Below are positions 25,274 through 33,266 of a DNA stretch of 56,444 nucleotides, piece by piece. Made by a program: the position numbers and the translations under genes. Origin of the DNA: an uncultured Candidatus Saccharibacteria bacterium (GTDB lineage: Bacteria; Patescibacteriota; Minisyncoccia; Phycocordibacterales; Phycocordibacteraceae); NCBI GenBank assembly GCA_964615225.1, contig CAZTMV010000001.1, forward strand, positions 1-56,444, in the 5' to 3' direction. Numbering within the stretch: position 1 is the stretch's first letter; the number at the start of each line of letters is the position of its first letter. The notes below the pieces were generated by a model that was not told the origin of the DNA, searched no databases, and saw only the letters and a program-made list of their open reading frames with translations.

Positions 25274-26170
25274 GTGGCAAACAGGCACCTTGCGCGTTCC
25301 GTCGTACTCCAAACACTCTTTGAGTGGGATACCGCGCATACCCCGGAAGCGGGCGTGCCAGACATACTAGAACGTAACGCCGCAGAGTTCGGCGGCTCAG
25401 ATACCGATAAGCCATTCATGGAGAACCTCCTGTCAGGAGTTCTCGCTAAGCATGCTGATCTTGATGCCATCATCACGAAGGCTGCTCCAGACTGGCCGCT
25501 TGAGCGTATCGCTCCCATAGACCGCAACATTCTCCGGATCGGCTTGTACGAACTGTTGTTTGCTGATCGCGCGCAGGTGCCGCCTAAGGTGGCGATCAAC
25601 GAAGCGATCGAGCTTGCAAAGATCTTCGGTGGCGATTCTTCAGGACGCTTCGTGAACGGTGTCTTGGGCGCCATTTACAAAGAGCTTGGCGAGCCGGGCA
25701 AGGACGACCAAGGTAAGCGCGAGAAGGCAAAGCGCGGCCCCTTACCGCTTGAGAATCTTGCAGGCGCTATCGTGTACGCCTTCCATGACGGCCAGTACTA
25801 TCTGGCGCTCGTGCATGACGTGTTTGGACGTTGGACTCTTTCTAAGGGCCATGTGCCAGAAGGCGTGGAGCCAAAAGATGGTGTTGCGAAAGTCGTGAAG
25901 GACGAGATCGGCCTTGAGGGCGTAGTGCACGAGCAGATCGGCGAGAACGAGTACATTGCCTCGCATCCGGAGAAGGGGAAGCTTCGCAAGCATGTGTACT
26001 TTTTCCTCGTTGAGGCTCCGTACGAAACGTTGCAGCTGAAGAAGAGCGGCGGTTTGGACGATGCGAAGTGGTTCCGCCTCCCTGATATCCTCGGTCTCAA
26101 CTTCTACGACGACATGCTGCCGATTGTGACCGCAGCAGTCCAGAAGCTCCTCGACAAGAACGGCAAATAG
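25274..26170 (+). CDS. nusB: NusB antitermination factor fused to a C-terminal Nudix-fold domain
   Basis: N-terminal RSVVLQTLFEWD...IDRNILRIGLYELLF...PPKVAINEAIELAKIFGGDSSGRFVNGVLG (NusB). The C-terminal part, GRWTLSKGHVPEGVEPKDGVAKVVKDEIGL, is a degenerate Nudix box. GTG start. Confidence 0.8.
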   Translation: MANRHLARSVVLQTLFEWDTAHTPEAGVPDILERNAAEFGGSDTDKPFMENLLSGVLAKHADLDAIITKAAPDWPLERIAPIDRNILRIGLYELLFADRAQVPPKVAINEAIELAKIFGGDSSGRFVNGVLGAIYKELGEPGKDDQGKREKAKRGPLPLENLAGAIVYAFHDGQYYLALVHDVFGRWTLSKGHVPEGVEPKDGVAKVVKDEIGLEGVVHEQIGENEYIASHPEKGKLRKHVYFFLVEAPYETLQLKKSGGLDDAKWFRLPDILGLNFYDDMLPIVTAAVQKLLDKNGK

Positions 26171-26190
26171 CGCCGAGCTATACTGGCCTC

Positions 26191-26970
26191 ATGGCTATGC
26201 TCGGCAAGCTCTGGGCGCTTTCGCAGGCACTCGGGAAGAATCCCGTAGGCCTCTTTCTGTCGTTTGTGCTTGTGCTCGTGCGAAAGAAGCTGGTTGGGCG
26301 CTCATCGCAGAACGTGACCCTATATATAAAGGGCAAGTCCTATCCGTTTTCCGTGCGCGATGCCGCAGATATAGCGGCGTTGCATGAAGTATTTGTTGAT
26401 AACGAGTATGCGTGTCCAGTTACCGATGCGAAACACATCGTAGATATCGGCGGGCATGTCGGATCTGCGAGCGTGTATTTTGCGACGCATTACCCAGGCG
26501 CTTCGATCACGGTATATGAAGCAGATCCTGCTAACTTTGATGTGCTTTCTCTAAACACAAAGGCGTTCCCGAACATACGCTGCATGCATGCCGCAGTATC
26601 TGACGTGCGCGGAGACATCGAGTTTTATGCGAACCCGTCTTCTATTTCGTCATCAATGATTAAACGCGAGGATTCGATAGCGGTGACGGTCCGTTCCGTT
26701 ACGCTCGATGACGTGCTCGCAGAATCTGCAGACATCGTGAAGTTTGATATCGAGGGAGCGGAGTATCGCATGTGCAAGGCCTCGATGCGCCGGACCTCCG
26801 TCCCGGTATTTGTCGGCGAACTCCACTACGATCTTATGGGTGCAGATTTAGCTGCGTTTACGGACCTGTTTCCGGACTACCAGAGCCGTGTGCGTCCGGT
26901 GAGTGCCAATCGGGCGCTCATCCTCCTGCAAAAAGCCATACCCTCCTCAGTTGCCAAAAGCAGTGTATAG
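26191..26970 (+). CDS. FkbM-family SAM-dependent methyltransferase
   Basis: DIGGHVGSASVYF...VYEADPANF...VKFDIEGAEYRM. Confidence 0.7.
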   Translation: MAMLGKLWALSQALGKNPVGLFLSFVLVLVRKKLVGRSSQNVTLYIKGKSYPFSVRDAADIAALHEVFVDNEYACPVTDAKHIVDIGGHVGSASVYFATHYPGASITVYEADPANFDVLSLNTKAFPNIRCMHAAVSDVRGDIEFYANPSSISSSMIKREDSIAVTVRSVTLDDVLAESADIVKFDIEGAEYRMCKASMRRTSVPVFVGELHYDLMGADLAAFTDLFPDYQSRVRPVSANRALILLQKAIPSSVAKSSV

Positions 26971-26977
26971 TGTCGCC

Positions 26978-27661
26978 ATGGATTTTCTTGCCGCCGCAGA
27001 CAAGCTCGGGCTTACCTTCAAGGACCTCAATTTGTTTGAGGAGGCATTTACGCACCGCTCCTATCTAAACGAGCACAAGAGCGCTGGCAACCATAATGAG
27101 CGTCTGGAGTTTCTGGGAGATGCGGTCCTGGAATTGTCTGCAACCCGCTTCCTGTTTGAAAAGTATCCGGCAAAGCCTGAGGGCGAACTGACCGCATATC
27201 GCGCAGCTTTGGTGAACACGTACTCGCTTGCAGATGTTGCCGAGGCACTTGGCTTCAATGACATGCTCCTGCTGTCCAAAGGAGAGCGCAAAGACACGGG
27301 ACGCGCGCGTCAGATTATTCTTGCAAACGCATTCGAGGCGTTGCTTGGCGCCTTGTATCTGGATCAAGGCTATGACGCGGCTGACGCATTTTTGCAGACA
27401 CACCTATACCCGAAGCTCGATTCCATCATCGCAGCGAAGAGCTATCAGGACGCGAAGAGCCGCTTCCAGGAAGTAGCGCAGGAGAAGAAGGGGAGCACGC
27501 CGACCTACAAGACCTTGCGCGAGGACGGTCCCGATCATGATCGCGAATTTGTGGTAGGCGTATTTGTTGCTGAAAAAGAAATTGCGCGCGGTATTGGTAA
27601 GAGCAAGCAGGAGGCAGAGCAGTCTGCAGCAAAGGCTGCGCTTGAAAAAACAGGCTGGTAG
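26978..27661 (+). CDS. rnc: ribonuclease III
   Basis: FTHRSYLNE...NERLEFLGDAVLEL... plus a C-terminal dsRBD (KSRFQE...GSGKSKQEAEQSAA). TATAGT lies 6 nt upstream and overlaps the previous stop codon. Confidence 0.9.
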   Translation: MDFLAAADKLGLTFKDLNLFEEAFTHRSYLNEHKSAGNHNERLEFLGDAVLELSATRFLFEKYPAKPEGELTAYRAALVNTYSLADVAEALGFNDMLLLSKGERKDTGRARQIILANAFEALLGALYLDQGYDAADAFLQTHLYPKLDSIIAAKSYQDAKSRFQEVAQEKKGSTPTYKTLREDGPDHDREFVVGVFVAEKEIARGIGKSKQEAEQSAAKAALEKTGW

Positions 27662-27717
27662 TGGTTGAGTAGGTACAGACCGTCCTCGTGTGACGGATCG
27701 CGGTCGGGAGACCTAAT

Positions 27718-27825
27718 ATGAGACATGTTCTCGGGGCTATGTTTGTCTGCGTAGTGGTCGCGGTTTGCGCGGCGATTGCGTACGTCAAGAACGTCATGGC
27801 AGGGTACAACCTGCGCAGCGCATAA
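27718..27825 (+). CDS. 35-aa hydrophobic peptide (not in the ORF track)
   Basis: MRHVLGAMFVCVVVAVCAAIAYVKNVMAGYNLRSA, SD GGGAG 7 nt upstream, followed directly by a terminator. Confidence 0.35.
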   Translation: MRHVLGAMFVCVVVAVCAAIAYVKNVMAGYNLRSA

Positions 27826-27827
27826 AA

Positions 27828-27862
27828 GAAAACGCCGCTTCCTTCGTGGGAGCGGCGTTTTA
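27828..27862. terminator. bidirectional terminator
   Basis: AAAGAAaacgccgct-N11-agcggcgttTTAA. Confidence 0.7.
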
Positions 27863-27874
27863 AGGTAAAGAACG

Positions 27875-28501
27875 TTAGGCAGCTTTCTTTCGGTTTGCGG
27901 TCGGTTCCTTGATCTTCCAGGAAGAAGGATCGTCGCTCACCTCAGACGCCAGAGACGTCTCGATGCCGTCGAACTTGAACGAGAACCGTTCGCGTTTTTC
28001 GACGGAGGCGTTCGAGAGAATTGTGCCCGACTCAAGCCGCTTGCGGATTGCATCCTTGGTGAAGGAGTATTCAATCTCGTAGCAGTCAGTGAGCTTGAGT
28101 TTCTTCAGCTCTGCGAAAAGCTTGTCCTCGTCTTTAATGTCGACGTAGGAATCTTCCCGCCAGCTGCCATACGCATCAAGCTGGAACTTGATGGTTTTGG
28201 TATCACCCGGCGTAAGCGTCTCGCGATGCTTTTCAAGATACGCGTAGACCGTGCGGCCTTTGCGTTCAAGCTTAGCCTCGATCGCTTTAAGCCGGGCGCC
28301 TTCTGTTGCCTTGATATTGGCAATTTCAGCTTCCAGCTTTGCGACTCTGGAGTCGCGCCGCCGCTTGGTCGTCTCGTGCCGCTGCATCAGGCTTCGCATA
28401 TGTATGACCTGCGTCGTTGCGCTTGCGAGGGTTCGCACCCTCGGTTCGCGCTGTACGGGAGCCTGAAACGGCTTCGCAGCCGCTCGAGGTTTCTGAACCA
28501 T
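27875..28501 (-). CDS. phage Mu Gam-like (host-nuclease inhibitor / DNA-end-binding) protein
   Basis: Coiled coil KLEAEIANIKATEGARLKAIEAKLE, then YLEKHRETL...KTIKFQLDAYGSWRE..VDIKDEDKLFAELKKLKLTDCYEIEYSFTKDAI. By eye this is collinear with Mu Gam (W.EANRDEL...VSWR...ETLERLGL..FIRTK.EINKEAI). SD AGGAG. Confidence 0.55.
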   Translation of the reverse strand: MVQKPRAAAKPFQAPVQREPRVRTLASATTQVIHMRSLMQRHETTKRRRDSRVAKLEAEIANIKATEGARLKAIEAKLERKGRTVYAYLEKHRETLTPGDTKTIKFQLDAYGSWREDSYVDIKDEDKLFAELKKLKLTDCYEIEYSFTKDAIRKRLESGTILSNASVEKRERFSFKFDGIETSLASEVSDDPSSWKIKEPTANRKKAA

Positions 28502-28575
28502 TGTTTGTCTCCTGTGTAGTTTTGAAGACCCCAGAGCAGTATAGGGGTTTTACGAGTAAAAGCGAATGAATAGGC

Positions 28576-28581
28576 TATAAT
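28576..28581 (+). promoter_or_regulatory. -10 box TATAAT 8 nt upstream of the smc ATG
   Basis: ggc-TATAAT-cctaagta-ATG. Confidence 0.5.
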
Positions 28582-28589
28582 CCTAAGTA

Positions 28590-30794
28590 ATGCTCAAGCG
28601 GCTCGAAATAGCCGGATTCAAGTCGTTCGCGCGCAAGACCGCGCTCGAGTTTTCTGCTGCTGCAACCGCGATTGTGGGCCCAAACGGCTCGGGTAAATCA
28701 AATGTTGCTGAGGCGTTCCGCTTTGCGCTTGGCGAACAGTCCATGAAAAGTATGCGCGGTAAGCGTTCCGAGGACCTTATCTTTGCAGGCTCGCATGACA
28801 CGCCCCGCCAGAATCGTGCAGCTGTTGCGATCGTCTTTGATAACACCAAGCGCATCTTCCCCAAGCTTGATTTCGACGAGGTAACGATTGAGCGCGCGGT
28901 TTTTCGTGACGGGCAGAGCGAGTATTCGATTAACGGATCGAAGGTGCGTCTGCGCGATGTGCAGGAGCTATTGGCGTCTGCGAATATCGGTGAGACGGGA
29001 CACCATATCATTTCCCAGGGAGAGGCAGACCGCATTCTAGTTGCAAGCCCGCGCGAGCGTCGCGCAATGCTTGAGGACGCACTTGGACTTAAGGTGTATG
29101 AGTTTCGGAAGCAGGAGGCGATCAAGAAGCTTGAGCGTACGCGCGAGAATGTGCGCGAGGTGGAGGGACTCCGCCGCGAGCTTGCGCCGCACCTGAAGTT
29201 TTTGGCCAAGCAGGTAGAGAAGCTGGAGCGCGCCGAGGAGCTTATTCGTGGACTCCAGGAAGCTGCGCGCGAATATTTTGCTATTGAAGAGAAGTACGTA
29301 GACGTCGAGAAGGTGCGCGCAGCAGACGAGCTTCGAAATGCGCAGGAGCGTCTTGCGATTGCGGAGCGCGAGCTCTCCTCGTTTGAAGATGACGGCTCAG
29401 GCAATAGCGAGGGTATGCAGCGTATCGAGGCGGTGCGCGTTGCTGAGCGTGAGGTAGATGTGGTACAGAAGGAGCGGTCGGAGCTTGCGCGCGATATAGG
29501 ACGCGTAGAGGGAGCGCTCTCAGAAGCGAAGCGTCGTTCCGCCGCTTTGGAGCGCGAGCCGTACGTGAAGGTTCCGCGCGAGCAGCTGCAAGCGCTCAAG
29601 GATGAGGTAGAGAGCCAGACGAATCTTTCGGCCGATGCTGATCCTTCGGCAATTCAGGCGGCACTCCGCTCATTGAGAGCAGCTATAGCTGCGTTCTTCG
29701 ACCGTTTCGCACTTTCCACTGACTCCGTGAGCGAAGAAAAGGAGGCAGTGGATCGTCTTGAAGGCGAGCGCACGATGCTGCTTGAGAAGGATCATGCGCT
29801 TGAAGCACGACTTGAGGATGTGCGCCGCAAGCTTGAAAACGCTCGCCAGGCACGCTTGGCATACGATGAGACCGGACGCGAGGCAAAGGCGCGCATCTTG
29901 GAGCTTGCAGAAACACGCGCGCGCGAAGAGTCTGCAGTTGCGCGCATTGAGGGCAGGCAGCGCGAGTTGACTTATCTTGCCGAAGAGCTCACGCGGGATA
30001 GAGTAGAGGTGCTCGCGCTTGCAGGAGCATCTGCATTTTCGTACGAACAGCTTGCAGAGCTGCCGCAGGAAGATCGCAAAGTGCAGGAAGATCGCAAGAA
30101 GGTTATGGAGCGCATCAAGATCCGCATTGAAGAGGCGGGTGGCACGGGAGAGGAGGTGCGTACGGAATACTTGGAAACCAAGGCGCGCGAAGAGTTCCTT
30201 GGGCGCGAGCTTGAAGACTTGGCCAAGTCTGCCGATGGACTCGAAGAGCTGATCACGTCGCTTGAAGAGGAGCTTGCGAAGTCGTTTGCCGAAGGTCTTT
30301 CGAAAGTGAATGAGTCATTCACGGAGTTCTTCGCGCTTATGTTCGGTGGCGGAGGCGCGAAGCTTGTCTTGGAGCAGGTTGAGGCAGATGACGAGGAAGA
30401 TGAGGAAGATGCGCCAGAACAGGAAGAGCGTGTGCAGCAGCCGGGTCTTGAGATCCAGGTGAATCTGCCGAAGAAGCGCCTGCAGTCCTTGATGCAGCTT
30501 TCAGGCGGCGAGCGAGCACTCACGTCAATTGCGCTTATTTTTGCGATGAGTCAGGTAAACCCGCCACCGTTTTTGATTCTTGATGAAACCGATGCGGCAC
30601 TCGATGAAGCGAACAGTCGCCGCTACGGCGACATGGTGGAGACGCTTGCGAAGCGCTCGCAGTTGATTGTGATCACGCACAACCGCGAGACTATGAGCCG
30701 CGCAGGCATTCTCTACGGCGTGACTATGGGAGGTGACGGTATTTCAAAACTGCTTTCCGTGAAGTTTGAAGAGGCGGTAGCTGTGGCAAAATAG
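28590..30794 (+). CDS. smc: SMC-family chromosome segregation ATPase, unusually short (734 aa)
   Basis: MLKRLEIAGFKSFARKT...IVGPNGSGKSNVAEAFRFALGEQS (Walker A, SMC N-terminal head), long heptad-rich middle, LSGGERALTSIALIFA (signature) and FLILDETDAALD (Walker B). Confidence 0.85.
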   Translation: MLKRLEIAGFKSFARKTALEFSAAATAIVGPNGSGKSNVAEAFRFALGEQSMKSMRGKRSEDLIFAGSHDTPRQNRAAVAIVFDNTKRIFPKLDFDEVTIERAVFRDGQSEYSINGSKVRLRDVQELLASANIGETGHHIISQGEADRILVASPRERRAMLEDALGLKVYEFRKQEAIKKLERTRENVREVEGLRRELAPHLKFLAKQVEKLERAEELIRGLQEAAREYFAIEEKYVDVEKVRAADELRNAQERLAIAERELSSFEDDGSGNSEGMQRIEAVRVAEREVDVVQKERSELARDIGRVEGALSEAKRRSAALEREPYVKVPREQLQALKDEVESQTNLSADADPSAIQAALRSLRAAIAAFFDRFALSTDSVSEEKEAVDRLEGERTMLLEKDHALEARLEDVRRKLENARQARLAYDETGREAKARILELAETRAREESAVARIEGRQRELTYLAEELTRDRVEVLALAGASAFSYEQLAELPQEDRKVQEDRKKVMERIKIRIEEAGGTGEEVRTEYLETKAREEFLGRELEDLAKSADGLEELITSLEEELAKSFAEGLSKVNESFTEFFALMFGGGGAKLVLEQVEADDEEDEEDAPEQEERVQQPGLEIQVNLPKKRLQSLMQLSGGERALTSIALIFAMSQVNPPPFLILDETDAALDEANSRRYGDMVETLAKRSQLIVITHNRETMSRAGILYGVTMGGDGISKLLSVKFEEAVAVAK

Positions 30795-30798
30795 AGCT

Positions 30799-31134
30799 AT
30801 GAAACACGGAAGCTGTCATTGCGGCACAGTGCGGTACCAGGTAGAGATAGACCTCACCAAACCGGTTATTGAATGTAATTGCTCGTACTGTGAGCGTCAG
30901 GGATTGCTATTGTCCTTTGTGCCAGGTACGGGACTTGTCGTTACGCACGGCGATGACAACCTCACTGAGTACCACTTTAATACGGGAAAGATCACGCACA
31001 GCTTCTGCAAGACCTGTGGCGTACAGTGCTTTGGTCGCTCCGGAGATATGGGCGCAGCGATCAACGTCCGCACGATTGAGGACGTTGATCTTACTGCGCT
31101 TACGCGTCAGCCATTTGACGGCCGTTCGCGCTAG
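30799..31134 (+). CDS. GFA-family (glutathione-dependent formaldehyde-activating / CENP-V-like) zinc protein
   Basis: GSCHCGTVRYQV...IECNCSYC...HSFCKTCG. Confidence 0.75.
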   Translation: MKHGSCHCGTVRYQVEIDLTKPVIECNCSYCERQGLLLSFVPGTGLVVTHGDDNLTEYHFNTGKITHSFCKTCGVQCFGRSGDMGAAINVRTIEDVDLTALTRQPFDGRSR

Positions 31135-31280
31135 TCGTTTTCTTTGTCCATGGCATCGTCAAGATTTTCCTTGGCGTCTGCCATCTTGTCGAACGCGTCG
31201 CCCTGCTCTTCGCCTGCTTCGCGGGCATCATCTGCCGCGTCGCGAAGCTTCTCTGTGTCGTCTTGGTTTGTGTCCGCCAT
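31131..31280 (-). CDS. 49-aa highly acidic protein
   Basis: MADTNQDDTEKLRDAADDAREAGEEQGDAFDKMADAKENLDDAMDKEND. TACAAT lies 9 nt upstream of this ATG; the longer ORF start at 31439 was not used. Confidence 0.4.
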   Translation of the reverse strand: MADTNQDDTEKLRDAADDAREAGEEQGDAFDKMADAKENLDDAMDKEND

Positions 31281-31359
31281 AGGTTCGTCATTGTACGGGT
31301 GATGCATTAGTGTTTTGTGAAGCGGTATGGCACTATCTTTGCCAGAAAGGAATCCGCGC

Positions 31360-31485
31360 ATGATCAAGCAAGTTTTTAAGGCCAAGCTGCCTTTTTGGTG
31401 CCAGTTCATGCTCGGGATATTCCTGGGCATAGGCCTCATCCTGATCGCGACAGTTGCATTTATCGCGATCGCCCGGCTGGGGTAG
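31360..31485 (+). CDS. 41-aa hydrophobic peptide (not in the ORF track)
   Basis: [50 protein letters not shown], hairpin aatcgccg..cggcgatt downstream. Confidence 0.35.
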   Translation: MIKQVFKAKLPFWCQFMLGIFLGIGLILIATVAFIAIARLG

Positions 31486-31523
31486 CCATCAATCGCCGTC
31501 TCTTGGGTGGGGCGGCGATTTGC

Positions 31524-31529
31524 TATACT
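31524..31529 (+). promoter_or_regulatory. extended -10 (TGcTATACT) 8 nt upstream of the peroxiredoxin ATG
   Basis: tt-TGC-TATACT-ccaagtct-ATG. Confidence 0.5.
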
Positions 31530-31537
31530 CCAAGTCT

Positions 31538-32086
31538 ATGGATGCATCACAACTTGAAAACAAAACCGTCCCGCAGGTCACTTTTAAGACCCGCGTACGC
31601 GACGAGTCAGTGGGCGGGGAGAACCCGTTCCGTTGGCAAGACCTTACCAGCGACGAGATCTTCAAGGGCAAGAAGGTAGTATTATTCGGCCTTCCAGGCG
31701 CGTTCACGCCGACCTGCTCTTCAACACACGCTCCGGGCTACGAAGCGAAGTATGAAGAGTTTAAGGCCCTTGGCGTCGACTCCGTGATCTGCTTGTCGGT
31801 TAACGACGCGTTCACTATGTTCCAGTGGGGCAAGAACCTCGGCATCAACAAGGTATTCATGCTCCCAGACGGCAACGCAGAGTTTACCCGCGGCCTTGGC
31901 ATGCTCGTAAAGAAGGAAAATCTTGGATTCGGCGATCGTTCGTGGCGCTACTCGATGCTTGTCGAAGATGGCGTCATCAAGAAGGCATTCGTGGAGTCCG
32001 GTTTCTCGGACAACTGCGAGACCGATCCGTTCGAGGTGTCTGATGCGGACACCATGCTTAGCTACCTCAAGGAAGCTTCCGCCTAA
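31538..32086 (+). CDS. peroxiredoxin (Prx5-like subfamily)
   Basis: [24 protein letters not shown]...; 182 aa from the internal ATG. Confidence 0.85.
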   Translation: MDASQLENKTVPQVTFKTRVRDESVGGENPFRWQDLTSDEIFKGKKVVLFGLPGAFTPTCSSTHAPGYEAKYEEFKALGVDSVICLSVNDAFTMFQWGKNLGINKVFMLPDGNAEFTRGLGMLVKKENLGFGDRSWRYSMLVEDGVIKKAFVESGFSDNCETDPFEVSDADTMLSYLKEASA

Positions 32087-32125
32087 GGGGGTATACTGGA
32101 GGGGTAGCAATCTAACCCTTTCCCT

Positions 32126-32374
32126 ATGTTCGGATTCGAAGGCTTCCGCAAGAAATCACCTGCAGATATTCAGATGAATCGCTTTAAGGCGCTCAATGAG
32201 ACCCAGAAGGCTCACGTGCGCGCTGCTCTTGGCGTCACGCCGCACGAGCACCTTGTGGACGACAACCTGCTCAAGGAGCAGATTCATCAGATGATGAATA
32301 CGAATATCAATGGAGACGAGAATCGTGCAAAGGTAGAGCGAGCCCTCGACGAAGCCGAACAGATGGCAGCCTAA
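32126..32374 (+). CDS. hypothetical protein
   Basis: 82 aa, TATACT at 32092-32097, terminator hairpin cgccgctc-acac-gagcggcg after the stop. Confidence 0.4.
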   Translation: MFGFEGFRKKSPADIQMNRFKALNETQKAHVRAALGVTPHEHLVDDNLLKEQIHQMMNTNINGDENRAKVERALDEAEQMAA

Positions 32375-32491
32375 GGAACCGCCGCTCACACGAGCGGCGT
32401 TTTCCGTTATTGACGACACCTATCGCGTGCGGTACTACTGCGAGCAGCCCGTTGCTCAAGAGTGAGTCGCGGCAAACTTGAGGAGTATCAC

Positions 32492-32650
32492 ATGGCCAAT
32501 CCCACGAAGAGCGATGGCTCGTCCTGGGTCGCGTTTCTGGCGGGGGCTGTTCTAGTCGCCATCATCGCGCTCGGCTTCGTCGCCTATACCGGCGGCTTCA
32601 ATCGAGAAGCGCCGGTCGCACAGAGCGAACCTGCTCCCGCAGGGGAGTAG
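32492..32650 (+). CDS. 52-aa single-pass membrane peptide
   Basis: MANPTKSDGSSWVAFLAGAVLVAIIALGFVAYTGG..., SD GAGGAG 6 nt upstream. Confidence 0.45.
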   Translation: MANPTKSDGSSWVAFLAGAVLVAIIALGFVAYTGGFNREAPVAQSEPAPAGE

Positions 32651-32653
32651 GTT

Positions 32654-32770
32654 ATGGCGGAGAAACGAGGCAAGAACGCTCCCTCGAAGTACGGCCTTCT
32701 GATTGCACTGGTCTTGCTTGGAATCAGCGTCCTATTCATTATCGTTTCGGGTGTTGTCCCGGAAGGGTAA
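32654..32770 (+). CDS. 38-aa single-pass membrane peptide (not in the ORF track)
   Basis: MAEKRGKNAPSKYGLLIALVLLGISVLFIIVSGVVPEG, SD GGGAG. It starts 3 nt after the previous stop, and a terminator follows. Confidence 0.4.
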   Translation: MAEKRGKNAPSKYGLLIALVLLGISVLFIIVSGVVPEG

Positions 32771-32776
32771 CGAACA

Positions 32777-32810
32777 CCGCCGCTCAGGAAACTGGGCGGC
32801 GGCCTCTTTT
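32777..32810 (+). terminator. intrinsic terminator
   Basis: ccgccgc-N12-gcggcgg followed by CCTCTTTT. Confidence 0.6.
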
Positions 32811-32888
32811 GACTTTTTCTCAGACTGTATCTATATTTGCTGGCGGACGTCTCTCAAGACATCCGATGCAAGACAAGGAGAACATTGC

Positions 32889-33224
32889 ATGATGAGACAC
32901 ATTCTGGCTGTGGCTGCCGTTGCAGCGCTCGCTGCGTGCAACCAGCCGGCACAGTCAGCCGTTCCTGAAGTGGCGCCGGAAATAAGCGCGTGGGTTGATG
33001 CCTGTTCGGCAGCGCCTAACGACTGTCTCGGCGATATCTACTACCTGAACGGTCAGCCGCGTCGTGCCGATTTCGCGAATTCGCTTCGCGCCGACCTCGA
33101 CACGCTGAAGGCCGCCAACTCGCTCGACAGCATCACACGCGTCGTCGAGCTTGGCCCGACGCCCGAGTACGCACAAGCGTCTCAGGAATTCTATGGCGTC
33201 ACCACTGCGCCAGCGACTCCGTAA
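32889..33224 (+). CDS. putative lipoprotein
   Basis: MMRHILAVAAVAALAAC-NQP (lipobox LAAC), SD AAGGAG 8 nt upstream; 111 aa. Confidence 0.6.
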   Translation: MMRHILAVAAVAALAACNQPAQSAVPEVAPEISAWVDACSAAPNDCLGDIYYLNGQPRRADFANSLRADLDTLKAANSLDSITRVVELGPTPEYAQASQEFYGVTTAPATP

Positions 33225-33229
33225 CGCTA

Positions 33230-33266
33230 CGACCCCGCCACACGAATGTGGCGGGGTCGATTTTTT
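33230..33266. terminator. bidirectional terminator
   Basis: cgaccccgccaca-cgaa-tgtggcggggtcg followed by ATTTTTT. Confidence 0.8.

Noticed and set aside
28583-29599. 338-aa ORF on the minus strand opposite smc
   Set aside because: The composition is Ser/Arg/Ala-rich and low in complexity, with no start signals. It lies entirely antisense to a well-supported SMC head and coiled coil, which makes it a typical GC-rich shadow ORF.
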